Assembly (NCBI GenBank): GCA_027491915.1
Contig: JAOZGC010000001.1
Location: 1 to 64,000 of the forward strand
Length of the DNA: 64,000 nt
Reading direction: 5' to 3'
From: Thermoproteota archaeon
Lineage (GTDB): Archaea; Korarchaeota; Korarchaeia; Korarchaeales; Korarchaeaceae
In this document: positions 27,789-35,922 of the stretch, piece by piece
Numbering within the stretch: position 1 is the stretch's first letter
Layout: the number at the start of each line of letters is the position of its first letter
The notes under the pieces: generated by a model
What the model was told of the DNA's origin: nothing
Seen by the model: the letters and a program-made list of their open reading frames with translations, nothing else
Databases searched by the model: none
Made by a program: the position numbers and the translations under genes

Positions 27789-28622
27789 TCACCGCCCTGA
27801 CCTAGGTATGAACCTGACGACCCCCATCCCGTGCTGGCGGCCGGATCCCAGCCCCACTATCTCGGCTAGCCTGAGGAGCCTTGCGACCCAGGCGGCCATG
27901 AACTCGTGCTCCTCCTTGGTCCAGGACGGGTGGTCTATTATCTTGTAGTTCGCCCAGCCGACGAACCCCACCAGGTCTCCGCCCTCGAACCTGGCCGGGA
28001 TGACTGTGCATATGCTGTGTCCGGTCTCCACCACGCTCAGATCCGCCCAAGAGGCGATCTCACCCGGGTTGACGTCGTCGGAACCGATAAGCCTGTTCCA
28101 CACCCTCGCCATCCTGGGGAGCATTATCGCGGCTATCGGGAAGAGTCTGCAGTAGGGGGTGCTGGCCCTCCTGAACGACGTTGGCGTCAGGAACCTCAAC
28201 CTGAACGACCTCGGCGGGTTCCTGCCCAGGGGGGGGACTCCCACCTCCCGGGACCTCACCCCGCCGACCTCGAAGACCACGTCCCCCACCCTCATGGAGG
28301 GCTTCCTGCCGAGCCAGGACCTCATTATCTCCGATATCTTGCGGCTGTCGGACGTGATCCTGATCCTCATCTCCATCCCCCTAGTCACCGGGATGGATCT
28401 GTCCCCGCACCCGATCGACGGCCGCTCCCCGTCAAACGGCGGGGTCACGACCAGGTTAGAGTAGGCCCCGGAGGTCTTCAGGCTCCTGGAGGTCAGCGGA
28501 TCCACCGAGTCCAGAGCGTGGAGGAGAATCCTCCTGAAGGGTCCCCCCGATATGGGGAGCTCCCCCTCACCACCCGAGATCAGGATTACCTCCAGCACGT
28601 GGAACGTGAAGTCCCCTTTCAT
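27789..28622 (-). CDS. cas6: CRISPR endoribonuclease Cas6 (orphan)
   Basis: LRFLTPTSFR, GFVGWANY, C-terminal Gly loop GLGSGRQHGMG. Confidence 0.85.
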   Translation of the reverse strand: MKGDFTFHVLEVILISGGEGELPISGGPFRRILLHALDSVDPLTSRSLKTSGAYSNLVVTPPFDGERPSIGCGDRSIPVTRGMEMRIRITSDSRKISEIMRSWLGRKPSMRVGDVVFEVGGVRSREVGVPPLGRNPPRSFRLRFLTPTSFRRASTPYCRLFPIAAIMLPRMARVWNRLIGSDDVNPGEIASWADLSVVETGHSICTVIPARFEGGDLVGFVGWANYKIIDHPSWTKEEHEFMAAWVARLLRLAEIVGLGSGRQHGMGVVRFIPRSGR

Positions 28623-28704
28623 CTCAGACCACTCCTCGGACCGGCATCGGCCCCCCGCGGCCTGATCGGGATCCCTTTTTATCCTGAACCCCTGCCGAGC
28701 CGAG

Positions 28705-29280
28705 ATGTCGGCCGACGTCTACAGGTACATCCTGTTGGTCGGGCTGCCCGGATCGGGGAAGGACGCCGCCGCCGGCCTGATATCCAGGGAGTTCGGTCAC
28801 TTCCCGATAAGGATGAGCGACCTGGTTCGGCTCGAGGTCGAGAAGTCCGGCCTTGAGGTCACTAGGGAGACCCTGAGGGACGTGGGCTCCGCCCTCCGGA
28901 GCAGGATGGGGCCGGCCGCCGTCGCCAAGATGGTCCTCGAGAGGATCAGGTCCCTGGAGGGGGAGGGCGTGGAGAGGTTCGTCGTCAACGGCATAAGGAA
29001 CCCGGAGGAGGTGGACGAGTTCAGGGCCGCCCTGGGAGACGAGGCCGTGGTGGTAGGCCTGGTGGCCCCGAGGAGGGCCAGATTCCTGAGGCTCCTCGGG
29101 AGGGGCCGGGAGGGATTCGACCCGGCCAGCTGGGCGAAGTTCGTCGCGGAGGACCGGGAGGAGATAGAGAGGTTCAACCTGGGAAACGCCCTCGCCCTGG
29201 CCGACGTCTTCGTAAACAACGACTCGGACGTCGAGACCTTCAGGGAGAGGCTGTTCAGGGCCGTCCGGAGGGTCAGCTGA
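28705..29280 (+). CDS. UPF0200/dephospho-CoA kinase-like P-loop kinase
   Basis: VGLPGSGKD, MSDLVR, VVNGIRNPEE, RGR, AD..VNND. Confidence 0.8.
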   Translation: MSADVYRYILLVGLPGSGKDAAAGLISREFGHFPIRMSDLVRLEVEKSGLEVTRETLRDVGSALRSRMGPAAVAKMVLERIRSLEGEGVERFVVNGIRNPEEVDEFRAALGDEAVVVGLVAPRRARFLRLLGRGREGFDPASWAKFVAEDREEIERFNLGNALALADVFVNNDSDVETFRERLFRAVRRVS

Positions 29281-30364
29281 CGCTCCTCCACCTGAGCCCC
29301 AACTCTTCGGCCGTCGAGTAGGCGGCGAGCATCTCCTCCGGGTCCGGCCTCCTGGCTATCTCCGGATATCCGCCGGCCCTGTACTCCGGCCGATACTGTC
29401 CCATCACGTTGACGAGGGCCCCGGGCGTGTTCTCGGCCAGCCACCTAAGTATGGGCACCGTGCAGCACCTCACGTGTCCCGGCATCACCAGGTGCCTCAC
29501 CACCATCTCTGGCCAGAACCTATAGGCAGCCGAGATGTTCCTGGAGACTACCTCCCTGTACCTGGGGACTCCACTGTATCTGAGGGCGTGCCCGTCGTCC
29601 CAGTACTTGAAGTCCGGGAGCCACAGGTCGACCACCCCGAGGAGGAGTTCGGTGGCCCTCTCCGACATGTACATGTTGGAGTTCCACACCACCGGGACGC
29701 CCACACGGATCGACCTGAGGGCCCTCAGAATGGAGGGGATGTTGGGCGTCGGCTCCCCCCCGACCAGGTTCACGTTCCTCGCCCCGGCGGCCCTGAGCCT
29801 CCCGGCGATGGAGGCGATCTCCCGGGCCGGGGTCTCCACCCCAGAATCCGGGCTTTGAGATATGTCCCAGTTCTGACAGAAGACGCACCTGAAGTTGCAT
29901 CCCGAGAAGAAGATGGTCCCGGAGGGCGATATTGGGGGCTCCTCGCCCATGTGGATGAAGGCCGAGGCTACCTTGGGAGTCGGCCCCACCCCGCAGACCC
30001 CCCTCTCCCCGCCGGGGCGGTTCACCCCGCAGGACCACTCGCACAGGGAGCACTCCTCGGAGAGCCTCTCGGCGAGCCAGACCTTGAGGTCCAAGAGGCT
30101 GAAATCTACACCCACCTCCCTACCGCCGACCCTCCCGCGCGCCCAGTCCCCCATCAGGCGATCCCTCAGCTCCCCTATCGCCTCTCCGTGGATCTCCCAG
30201 CCATCCTCAACGTCTCTGGGCCTGTCGACCTCGATGGACGAGGCCAACAAGAACTGGGCGTCGGCGCCTCCCTCCGCCACCTCCATGTACCTCGGGATGG
30301 ACTCCCGCACCTCATCCTCCATCTCCGTGGGAATGGGATCAGGCCTCCCGGATCCGAGGCGCAA
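29273..30364 (-). CDS. Radical SAM protein, PflX-like
   Basis: CSLCEWSCGVNR, HMGEEP, GCNFRCVFCQN, VGGEPT, WNSNMY, VRHLVMPGH. Confidence 0.9.
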   Translation of the reverse strand: MRLGSGRPDPIPTEMEDEVRESIPRYMEVAEGGADAQFLLASSIEVDRPRDVEDGWEIHGEAIGELRDRLMGDWARGRVGGREVGVDFSLLDLKVWLAERLSEECSLCEWSCGVNRPGGERGVCGVGPTPKVASAFIHMGEEPPISPSGTIFFSGCNFRCVFCQNWDISQSPDSGVETPAREIASIAGRLRAAGARNVNLVGGEPTPNIPSILRALRSIRVGVPVVWNSNMYMSERATELLLGVVDLWLPDFKYWDDGHALRYSGVPRYREVVSRNISAAYRFWPEMVVRHLVMPGHVRCCTVPILRWLAENTPGALVNVMGQYRPEYRAGGYPEIARRPDPEEMLAAYSTAEELGLRWRSVS

Positions 30365-30437
30365 CGGCGCACCACCCGAAGATCTCGGGGGAAGGACTCG
30401 GGGGCGGCCCGCGTCCGGACGGCGGACAACCCCGAGG

Positions 30438-30581
30438 GCCGCCCGGCGGTTCGGAGCTCACCGCATCCCATGCTCCGTGGGCGCGGCGAAGGGGCCGACA
30501 GAGGGCCCCCCTCTCCCCCAAAGGGGGCGAAGGTCGTCAGCCCTCCGAGGACGGCCGAGGCCCCAAGCTCCGCCGGGCGGC
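30438..30581 (-). ncRNA. Candidate structured RNA / 5' leader of radical SAM gene
   Basis: Perfect 12-bp terminal inverted repeat, nested stems, TTTATTA 29 nt upstream on minus strand. Confidence 0.45.
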
Positions 30582-30682
30582 GTGCTACCATGGGGATTGC
30601 CGGTAATAAACTCTTCGCAGGCGTGGCAAGGTCAAAAAAACTAATATGACCGGGCTGCCCGACCCCCGCCGGTGGTGTCCTC

Positions 30683-31522
30683 CTGCTGCTCGACAGGACC
30701 AGGTTCGGCCCCGCGGGATTCCCCCTGGTGTGCTCCAGGGAATCCGCCTTCTCCTGCCTGAGGGAGATGGGGTTGGATGCCATGGAGTACCAGGCGGTCA
30801 GGGCGGTCCCGAGGAGGCTGGACAGGCTGGCGGCCATCGCCAGGCGTGCCGCCGCCAACGACATAAGGATGAGCCTGCACGGCCCCTACGCCATAAACTT
30901 GGCCTCGAGGGAGGAAAATAAGATTGAGGCCAGCGTGGAGAGGCTAATCGCCGCGGCCAGGGCGGCTGACGCCCTCGGGGCTGGACACGTCACCTTCCAC
31001 CCGGGGTACTACTCCGGCAGGCCCCCAGAGGAGGCCCTGAGGATGGCGATGTCAGCCCTCTCTCGGGCGGTTCGGGAGGCCAGGGACGATGGGATCAGGG
31101 CGGAATTCGGTCCGGAGACCACCGGCAAGCCATCCCAGCTCGGCTCCCTGGACGAGGTCCTCAGGATGGCCGAGGAGGTGGACGGAGTCTGGCCGACCAT
31201 AGACTTCGCCCACATACACGCCAGGGAGGGGAGGTCCATCTCCGGAAGGTCGGACTACGCCAGGATCTTGGACCTCATAGAGGACAGGCTCGGGACCCTG
31301 GACGGCCTGGTGATCCACTTCACGGAGGTGGAGGTCACATCGTCCGGCGTAGGCGAGAGGCGGCACCACGAACTGGGAACCGGGTACGGTCCGCCGTTCG
31401 ATCCCCTGGCCGAGGAGATGGCCTCCAGGGGGGTGAGATGGCTCGTGATATCCGAGAGTCCGAACCTGGAGGCGGACGCCCTGAAGATGAGGGAGGCTTA
31501 CGAGAGGGCGCGGCGCCGATAG
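30683..31522 (+). CDS. nfo: Endonuclease IV (AP endonuclease family 2), probable CTG start
   Basis: RFGPAG, SLHGPYAINL, FHPGYY, PETTGK, IDFAHIHAR, HF, ERRH, ISESP. Confidence 0.88.
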   Translation: MLLDRTRFGPAGFPLVCSRESAFSCLREMGLDAMEYQAVRAVPRRLDRLAAIARRAAANDIRMSLHGPYAINLASREENKIEASVERLIAAARAADALGAGHVTFHPGYYSGRPPEEALRMAMSALSRAVREARDDGIRAEFGPETTGKPSQLGSLDEVLRMAEEVDGVWPTIDFAHIHAREGRSISGRSDYARILDLIEDRLGTLDGLVIHFTEVEVTSSGVGERRHHELGTGYGPPFDPLAEEMASRGVRWLVISESPNLEADALKMREAYERARRR

Positions 31523-31583
31523 CCTGGGAACTTTTTTAAATGGGGGCATCCCGTCCAACGGGCCGGGCTCGATCCTCGCTCGC

Positions 31584-31657
31584 GCCCCGGTGGTGTAGCC
31601 CGGCCAGCATAGGAGCCTGTCGAGCTCCAGACCCGGGTTCGAATCCCGGCCGGGGCG
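31584..31657 (+). tRNA. tRNA-Asp(GTC), no intron, CCA not encoded
   Basis: GCCCCGG/CCGGGGC acceptor, GGAGC-CT-GTC-GA-GCTCC anticodon arm, TTCGAAT T-loop. Confidence 0.96.
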
Positions 31658-31690
31658 CTCTCCCCTTCTGGTTTGCCGGCCGAACCTCCG

Positions 31691-32071
31691 TCAACTCCTC
31701 ATGACCCTGCTCGCCCTGCTCAGGATGAGTCGACCGATGGAGGTCCTCTCCATCCCCCTCTTGACCACCGCGTCCGCCGCCTCCTCCAGCTCCTCCGGCG
31801 TCATGGTTCCCACGACCTCGATCACCATGCTCCTGACGGAGTCGTGCTCCTCTGCGACCAGCAGCAGGTCCTCGTCCGCGTAGGAGAGGCCCTCTCTTAT
31901 CAACTCAGTTACCGGCCCCCTGTAACCCTCCTCGAAGATGAGTTCCGCCGCCTCCTCGAAGTGGAACCTCACGACGGCCCAGAAGTCGGCCGCCTCTGAG
32001 GGGGCATCCGTCTCCCCGGCCATAATCGAGTCCAACCTATATCGGATCTCTTCCCTCATGTCGGAGCCCAT
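31691..32071 (-). CDS. Hypothetical acidic helical protein
   Basis: Fills gap, host-like codons, tttata upstream on minus strand. Confidence 0.6.
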   Translation of the reverse strand: MGSDMREEIRYRLDSIMAGETDAPSEAADFWAVVRFHFEEAAELIFEEGYRGPVTELIREGLSYADEDLLLVAEEHDSVRSMVIEVVGTMTPEELEEAADAVVKRGMERTSIGRLILSRASRVMRS

Positions 32072-32114
32072 CGTCCCGACTTCCGCGGCACGGCATATAA
32101 AACGCCGGCCGCGA

Positions 32115-32909
32115 TCAGGCGAGCTTTATCGCGCGCACCCTGATCTCGTCGTACTCGTCCCCGGAGACGATGCACTTGGTCTCTTCCGCTATGGTGGGCT
32201 CTCCGAAGACTCCTCCTATGAATCCGGCCAGGACCCCCCTTATGTACTGGCTGTAGGGTCCCCTGGCTCCCCTGATCTTCCCCATCTCGCATTCCAAGGA
32301 GCCGGTTATCCTGACGGTGGCCCTCTCATCCCCCTCGTCGTACTCTACCAGCTCGAAGGATCTGATCCAGTTCATGGCCCTTATTATGGAGAGGGCGGCC
32401 TCCACGAGATCCCTGCCCCTCAACCCCGTCTTCTCCTCCCAGAAGGGTTGAACCGCGTTCCCCGCACCGTACCCCATGTGGTACAGGAAGGCCTCCCCCG
32501 CCGCGCCCCACTGAGACCTGACCGATTCGAGCAGCCTGTAGAACCACTCCCACCTCATCACCGAGGCGGGCATCCCCAACACCGTGAATCCGGGGCTCAG
32601 GTCGTTGATCACGATGCCGCCGGCCCTCATCCCGCCGACGTCCACCTCGACGACCCCGGGGGTGGACCTCAACTTCCCCAGCAGGTCGACCAGGTCCATC
32701 CTTACCTCGGACAGGTCGGCGAAGAACACCCACTCCCCCTCGTCCTCCCCAGGTTCGGCCGAGTGGGCGCCGTTCAGCACGTTAACCCCGGCCTCCTGGA
32801 GGATCGAGGCCACCTCCGCTATCGCCCCGGGCCTGTTCACCATCCTGACCCTGAAGGCCCTCACGTCCCTCAATCCCTTGCCTCTCGCCAGCAGCGGGAA
32901 CTCCACCAA
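32115..32909 (-). CDS. ACT domain + V4R domain protein
   Basis: NRPGAIAEVASIL (ACT); FLYHMGYGAG, SLECE, RGVLAG, EETKCIVSGDEYDEI (V4R). Confidence 0.85.
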   Translation of the reverse strand: MVEFPLLARGKGLRDVRAFRVRMVNRPGAIAEVASILQEAGVNVLNGAHSAEPGEDEGEWVFFADLSEVRMDLVDLLGKLRSTPGVVEVDVGGMRAGGIVINDLSPGFTVLGMPASVMRWEWFYRLLESVRSQWGAAGEAFLYHMGYGAGNAVQPFWEEKTGLRGRDLVEAALSIIRAMNWIRSFELVEYDEGDERATVRITGSLECEMGKIRGARGPYSQYIRGVLAGFIGGVFGEPTIAEETKCIVSGDEYDEIRVRAIKLA

Positions 32910-32915
32910 CGGCCC

Positions 32916-33608
32916 TCACCTCATGGGCCCTATTACCTCGAATCCGCGTTCCGTTATGGCCACCCTGTAGTACTCCCTCCTGTGGTCGGAGAGCCTGAGC
33001 TTGACCACCGTCATCCTAGTCACCAGGCCTCCCCCCGACGGGACGTGCTCCAATATAATCAGCCCGTCCGCCACGAATTCCTCCACCCCGACGCCCGCGG
33101 CCCCCCCGAGCATGGGTATCTCGGAGAGGAATATCCCCAGCATCTCCCTGTTGTGGACCATCCTCGCCAGCGTAACCACGACGGACCTTACCTCCCTGGG
33201 AGTCAGGAACTGTGTGAGGGCAGATATGCTGTCGACCACCAGGACCCTGGGGCTGAAGACCTCCACCTCCCCGAATATCCTCTCCAGGACCCTCTTGGTG
33301 TAGACCGGGTCGCCCACCCCCGGGGGAAGCTCCTCGAACCTGACCATCCCCTCCCTCTCGTACTCACCAAAATCCATGTTCAGGGTCCTGAAGAACAGCT
33401 TTATGTGCTCGGCGGGATCGGTCAGGGTCAGGTAGACCGCCTTCTCGCCGCGGCTCACCGCCCGATAGGCGATCTGCCCGGCCAGGGTGGTCTTCCCCGT
33501 GCCGGGATGACCCGCCACCAGGAGCACGGTGGGCAGGGGGATCCCCCCGCCGAGGACCTCGTCTAGACCGGGCACCCCGGTGGAGAACCTCGGGATCTGA
33601 GAACCCAT
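32916..33608 (-). CDS. KaiC/RAD55-like RecA-superfamily ATPase
   Basis: STGVPGLDEVLGGG, GHPGTGKT, VVDSIS, ADGLI.L, VVKLR. Confidence 0.9.
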   Translation of the reverse strand: MGSQIPRFSTGVPGLDEVLGGGIPLPTVLLVAGHPGTGKTTLAGQIAYRAVSRGEKAVYLTLTDPAEHIKLFFRTLNMDFGEYEREGMVRFEELPPGVGDPVYTKRVLERIFGEVEVFSPRVLVVDSISALTQFLTPREVRSVVVTLARMVHNREMLGIFLSEIPMLGGAAGVGVEEFVADGLIILEHVPSGGGLVTRMTVVKLRLSDHRREYYRVAITERGFEVIGPMR

Positions 33609-33655
33609 GGCATCCTCCGGGAGCTCCGGTCTCCACATTTAAAAAATGACGACGC

Positions 33656-34237
33656 TCACAGGGTCTTTCTATTCCCACCAATCGCTTTAATGTTAAACTC
33701 GGGAGAGAACTCCCCCCCGGATCTCCCCAGGCCCAGTACCCTGGGGAAGAGGGAGGCCATGGCGGCCACGTACTCCTTGGGGTTGGATCCCTCATTGATC
33801 ATTGCCAGGAGGCCGACCGACCTCTCCCTGGCCTCGGATGAGATCAACCTGACGAGTCTGTAGGTCTCCGCGAATCCGACTAGGAGTACCAGGTCCGTCA
33901 GGTCGTCCATCAGTATCACGGCCCCTGGTCCGAGGAGCGACATGACCTCCGAGACCTTCGCCGCTATCAGCACCGGGTCGGCCGGCACCGTTTCGTACCC
34001 GGCCTCCCGGGTGGGCCTCGCGCCTCCCACCGTTATCGCTACGAGGGCGTCTGCCGCGTCTCGGAGTCTCTCCCAGAGTGCGGAACTCCTCCTGGAGACG
34101 AGACCCAGCTTGGCGCCTCTACCGACGATCTCGCCGACGATAGAGGTCACGAGGTCCACCGCCCCGTCCCTCTCGCCGTAGATCAGCAGCGCGGCGTCTC
34201 CCCGAGAGATAAGTCCCACCGTCAACGGACTCCCCAC
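33656..34237 (-). CDS. Degenerate KaiC-like (DUF835-type) domain protein
   Basis: RecA-like order (LLIYG...VILMDDLTDL...LAMIN) with no Walker A lysine. Confidence 0.55.
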   Translation of the reverse strand: MGSPLTVGLISRGDAALLIYGERDGAVDLVTSIVGEIVGRGAKLGLVSRRSSALWERLRDAADALVAITVGGARPTREAGYETVPADPVLIAAKVSEVMSLLGPGAVILMDDLTDLVLLVGFAETYRLVRLISSEARERSVGLLAMINEGSNPKEYVAAMASLFPRVLGLGRSGGEFSPEFNIKAIGGNRKTL

Positions 34238-34298
34238 TCCCTCCGATCGGGCGGCCGAAGCCGGGGCCTAAGGTCGACGCAAATAAAAATATCGGCGA

Positions 34299-35216
34299 CT
34301 AGGGACGGAGTATCTCCACCCTCAATCCCGCCTCTCTGATCCGGGCCACCAGCGCCTCCAGATCCCTCTGTCCGATAAGCCTTGCGCCCGCGGCGTGCCG
34401 ATGTCCCCCCCCGCCGAACGACCTCGCCAGCTCAAGGGCCGTTACGTCGGATCCTCCCCTCGATCTGAGCGACACCCTGTAGGCTTCTCCGGAAGACGGC
34501 CCTATGGTCCCGATCAGGTCGGCCGCCCCGGTCAAAGTCGACAGGGCCACGACCCCCAGGTATCCCGGCGCATCCCTCAGGTCTACCAGGATGGCCGTTC
34601 CGTCTCCCTCTCCGCGGAATCTGATCTTCTCCACCCTGGAGAGCAGGTCTCCGGCCTCGGATCTTATGATCTCAAGCTCCTTCTTTATGGTCGGGAGACC
34701 CACAAGGTCCCCCTCTTCGGCGGGTCGGACCCTGAGGATCTCATCCACCACCCTGGACAGGCGCGTCCGCCTGGTCCGAAAGATGCGCTTCACGGCCGCC
34801 GCGAACCTGGCCCCCTCCATCCCGAGCTCTCCGGAGTCCACCCTTGACGTGAGTTCCACCGTAGCCCCCATGCCCGGATGCTCGTCCGGCTCGCTCCTCA
34901 TCAACAGCTCTGCCGCGGATCGGGCGTTCGGATCCACCACCTCCAGCCTCGCCCGCGACGTCCCCCGCCGCCGGTGGGGGTGGTGATCCACCCAGACCTC
35001 GGCCCCTCCCCGAGGCAGTGGGAGATCCAGCACGGCGCCCCATTCCCTCTCAGAGACGAGGGCCTCGCTCGGGGCGGCGAAGCTCACCCTGACGTCCTCG
35101 ATCGACTGGACCAGCAGGGCCGCCGACACGAGCCCGTCCAGGTCCTCCCCGTGCGTCAAGATCTTGAGGGGAGGTCCCCGGCCTGACGACCTGAGGAACT
35201 CGGAGGGGCCGACCAT
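34299..35216 (-). CDS. DHH/DHHA1 phosphoesterase
   Basis: THGEDLDG, VLDL, VDHH, SAA, VSLRS, GGGGHRHAAG. Confidence 0.88.
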   Translation of the reverse strand: MVGPSEFLRSSGRGPPLKILTHGEDLDGLVSAALLVQSIEDVRVSFAAPSEALVSEREWGAVLDLPLPRGGAEVWVDHHPHRRRGTSRARLEVVDPNARSAAELLMRSEPDEHPGMGATVELTSRVDSGELGMEGARFAAAVKRIFRTRRTRLSRVVDEILRVRPAEEGDLVGLPTIKKELEIIRSEAGDLLSRVEKIRFRGEGDGTAILVDLRDAPGYLGVVALSTLTGAADLIGTIGPSSGEAYRVSLRSRGGSDVTALELARSFGGGGHRHAAGARLIGQRDLEALVARIREAGLRVEILRP

Positions 35217-35269
35217 CGGGCGCGCCGTCGGCGGCGAGTTCATAACTGTTGGGCTCGCCCACAGGCGGG

Positions 35270-35716
35270 ATGGGCAGGAAGGTCCTGGTCGCCGGAACCT
35301 TCGACATCGTGCACCCCGGACACGTGAGGATGCTCTCCAGCGCAAAGAGGATGGCGGGCCCCGACGGGGAGCTGGTGGTCGTCGTGGCGCGGGATTCCAA
35401 CGTCAGGCGCTTCAAGGGCAGGGATCCCATCCTGCCGGAGGAGGAGAGGCTGTTTGTGGTGTCGAGCCTGAAGCCCGTCGACAGGGCCATACTCGGAGAT
35501 CCAAACGACCCCATCAACTCCGTCCTCAGGGAGAAACCCGACGTGATCGCCCTAGGCTACGATCAGTGGCCCGACGAGGGGGAGCTGGAGCGCAGACTCA
35601 GGGAGGCCGGGCTGCGCGCGTCGATCGTGAGGCTCCCGAAGTTCCCCTGCGAGCACGACTCGACGACCGACATAGTGGAGAGGATCGTCAGGATATTCTG
35701 CAAAGATTCCAGATAA
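35270..35716 (+). CDS. ribL: Archaeal FAD synthetase (cytidylyltransferase fold)
   Basis: AGTFDIVHPGH, VVVARD, PDVIALGYDQ, STTDI. Confidence 0.82.
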   Translation: MGRKVLVAGTFDIVHPGHVRMLSSAKRMAGPDGELVVVVARDSNVRRFKGRDPILPEEERLFVVSSLKPVDRAILGDPNDPINSVLREKPDVIALGYDQWPDEGELERRLREAGLRASIVRLPKFPCEHDSTTDIVERIVRIFCKDSR

Positions 35717-35799
35717 TTGAAAAAAAGGATGAATTATCCGGAAATTGTGTCGAATATGGGAGACCAGAAGCGATATATACCGGATCTCCCCCGCCGCCG

Positions 35800-35853
35800 G
35801 GGGGCGCCGGCGGCCTTCTGCGGCATCCCTCGCGCCGGCGGCCCGGCGCCCCC
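35800..35853 (+). ncRNA. Candidate small RNA / hairpin upstream of metG
   Basis: 11-bp perfect stem GGGGGCGCCGG/CCGGCGCCCCC, ATATATA 27 nt upstream, T6 downstream. Confidence 0.3.
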
Positions 35854-35922
35854 GCCCAGACGCGCCCACCTTTTTTATCGCGGGGGGCCGGGCTCCGCGG
35901 GCACAGGAGGTGTAGGTCCGAC

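Noticed and set aside
30500-30545. Hammerhead ribozyme core (CUGACGA on minus strand)
   Set aside because: No GAAA after the following stem.
30438-30581. MITE interpretation of the 12-bp inverted repeat
   Set aside because: No target-site duplication, no second copy and no transposase in the window; not excluded genome-wide.
35727-35754. Possible dif site (minus strand ATTCGACACAA-TTTCCG-GATAATTCATC); also AT tract at 60944-60970
   Set aside because: Only one arm resembles archaeal dif and the arms are not inverted repeats; the 60.9-kb tract is better explained as a promoter/terminator.
35164-35922. 253-aa N-terminal extension of MetRS in the ORF track
   Set aside because: Overlaps ribL in another frame; a TTG start with strong SD exists at 35923.
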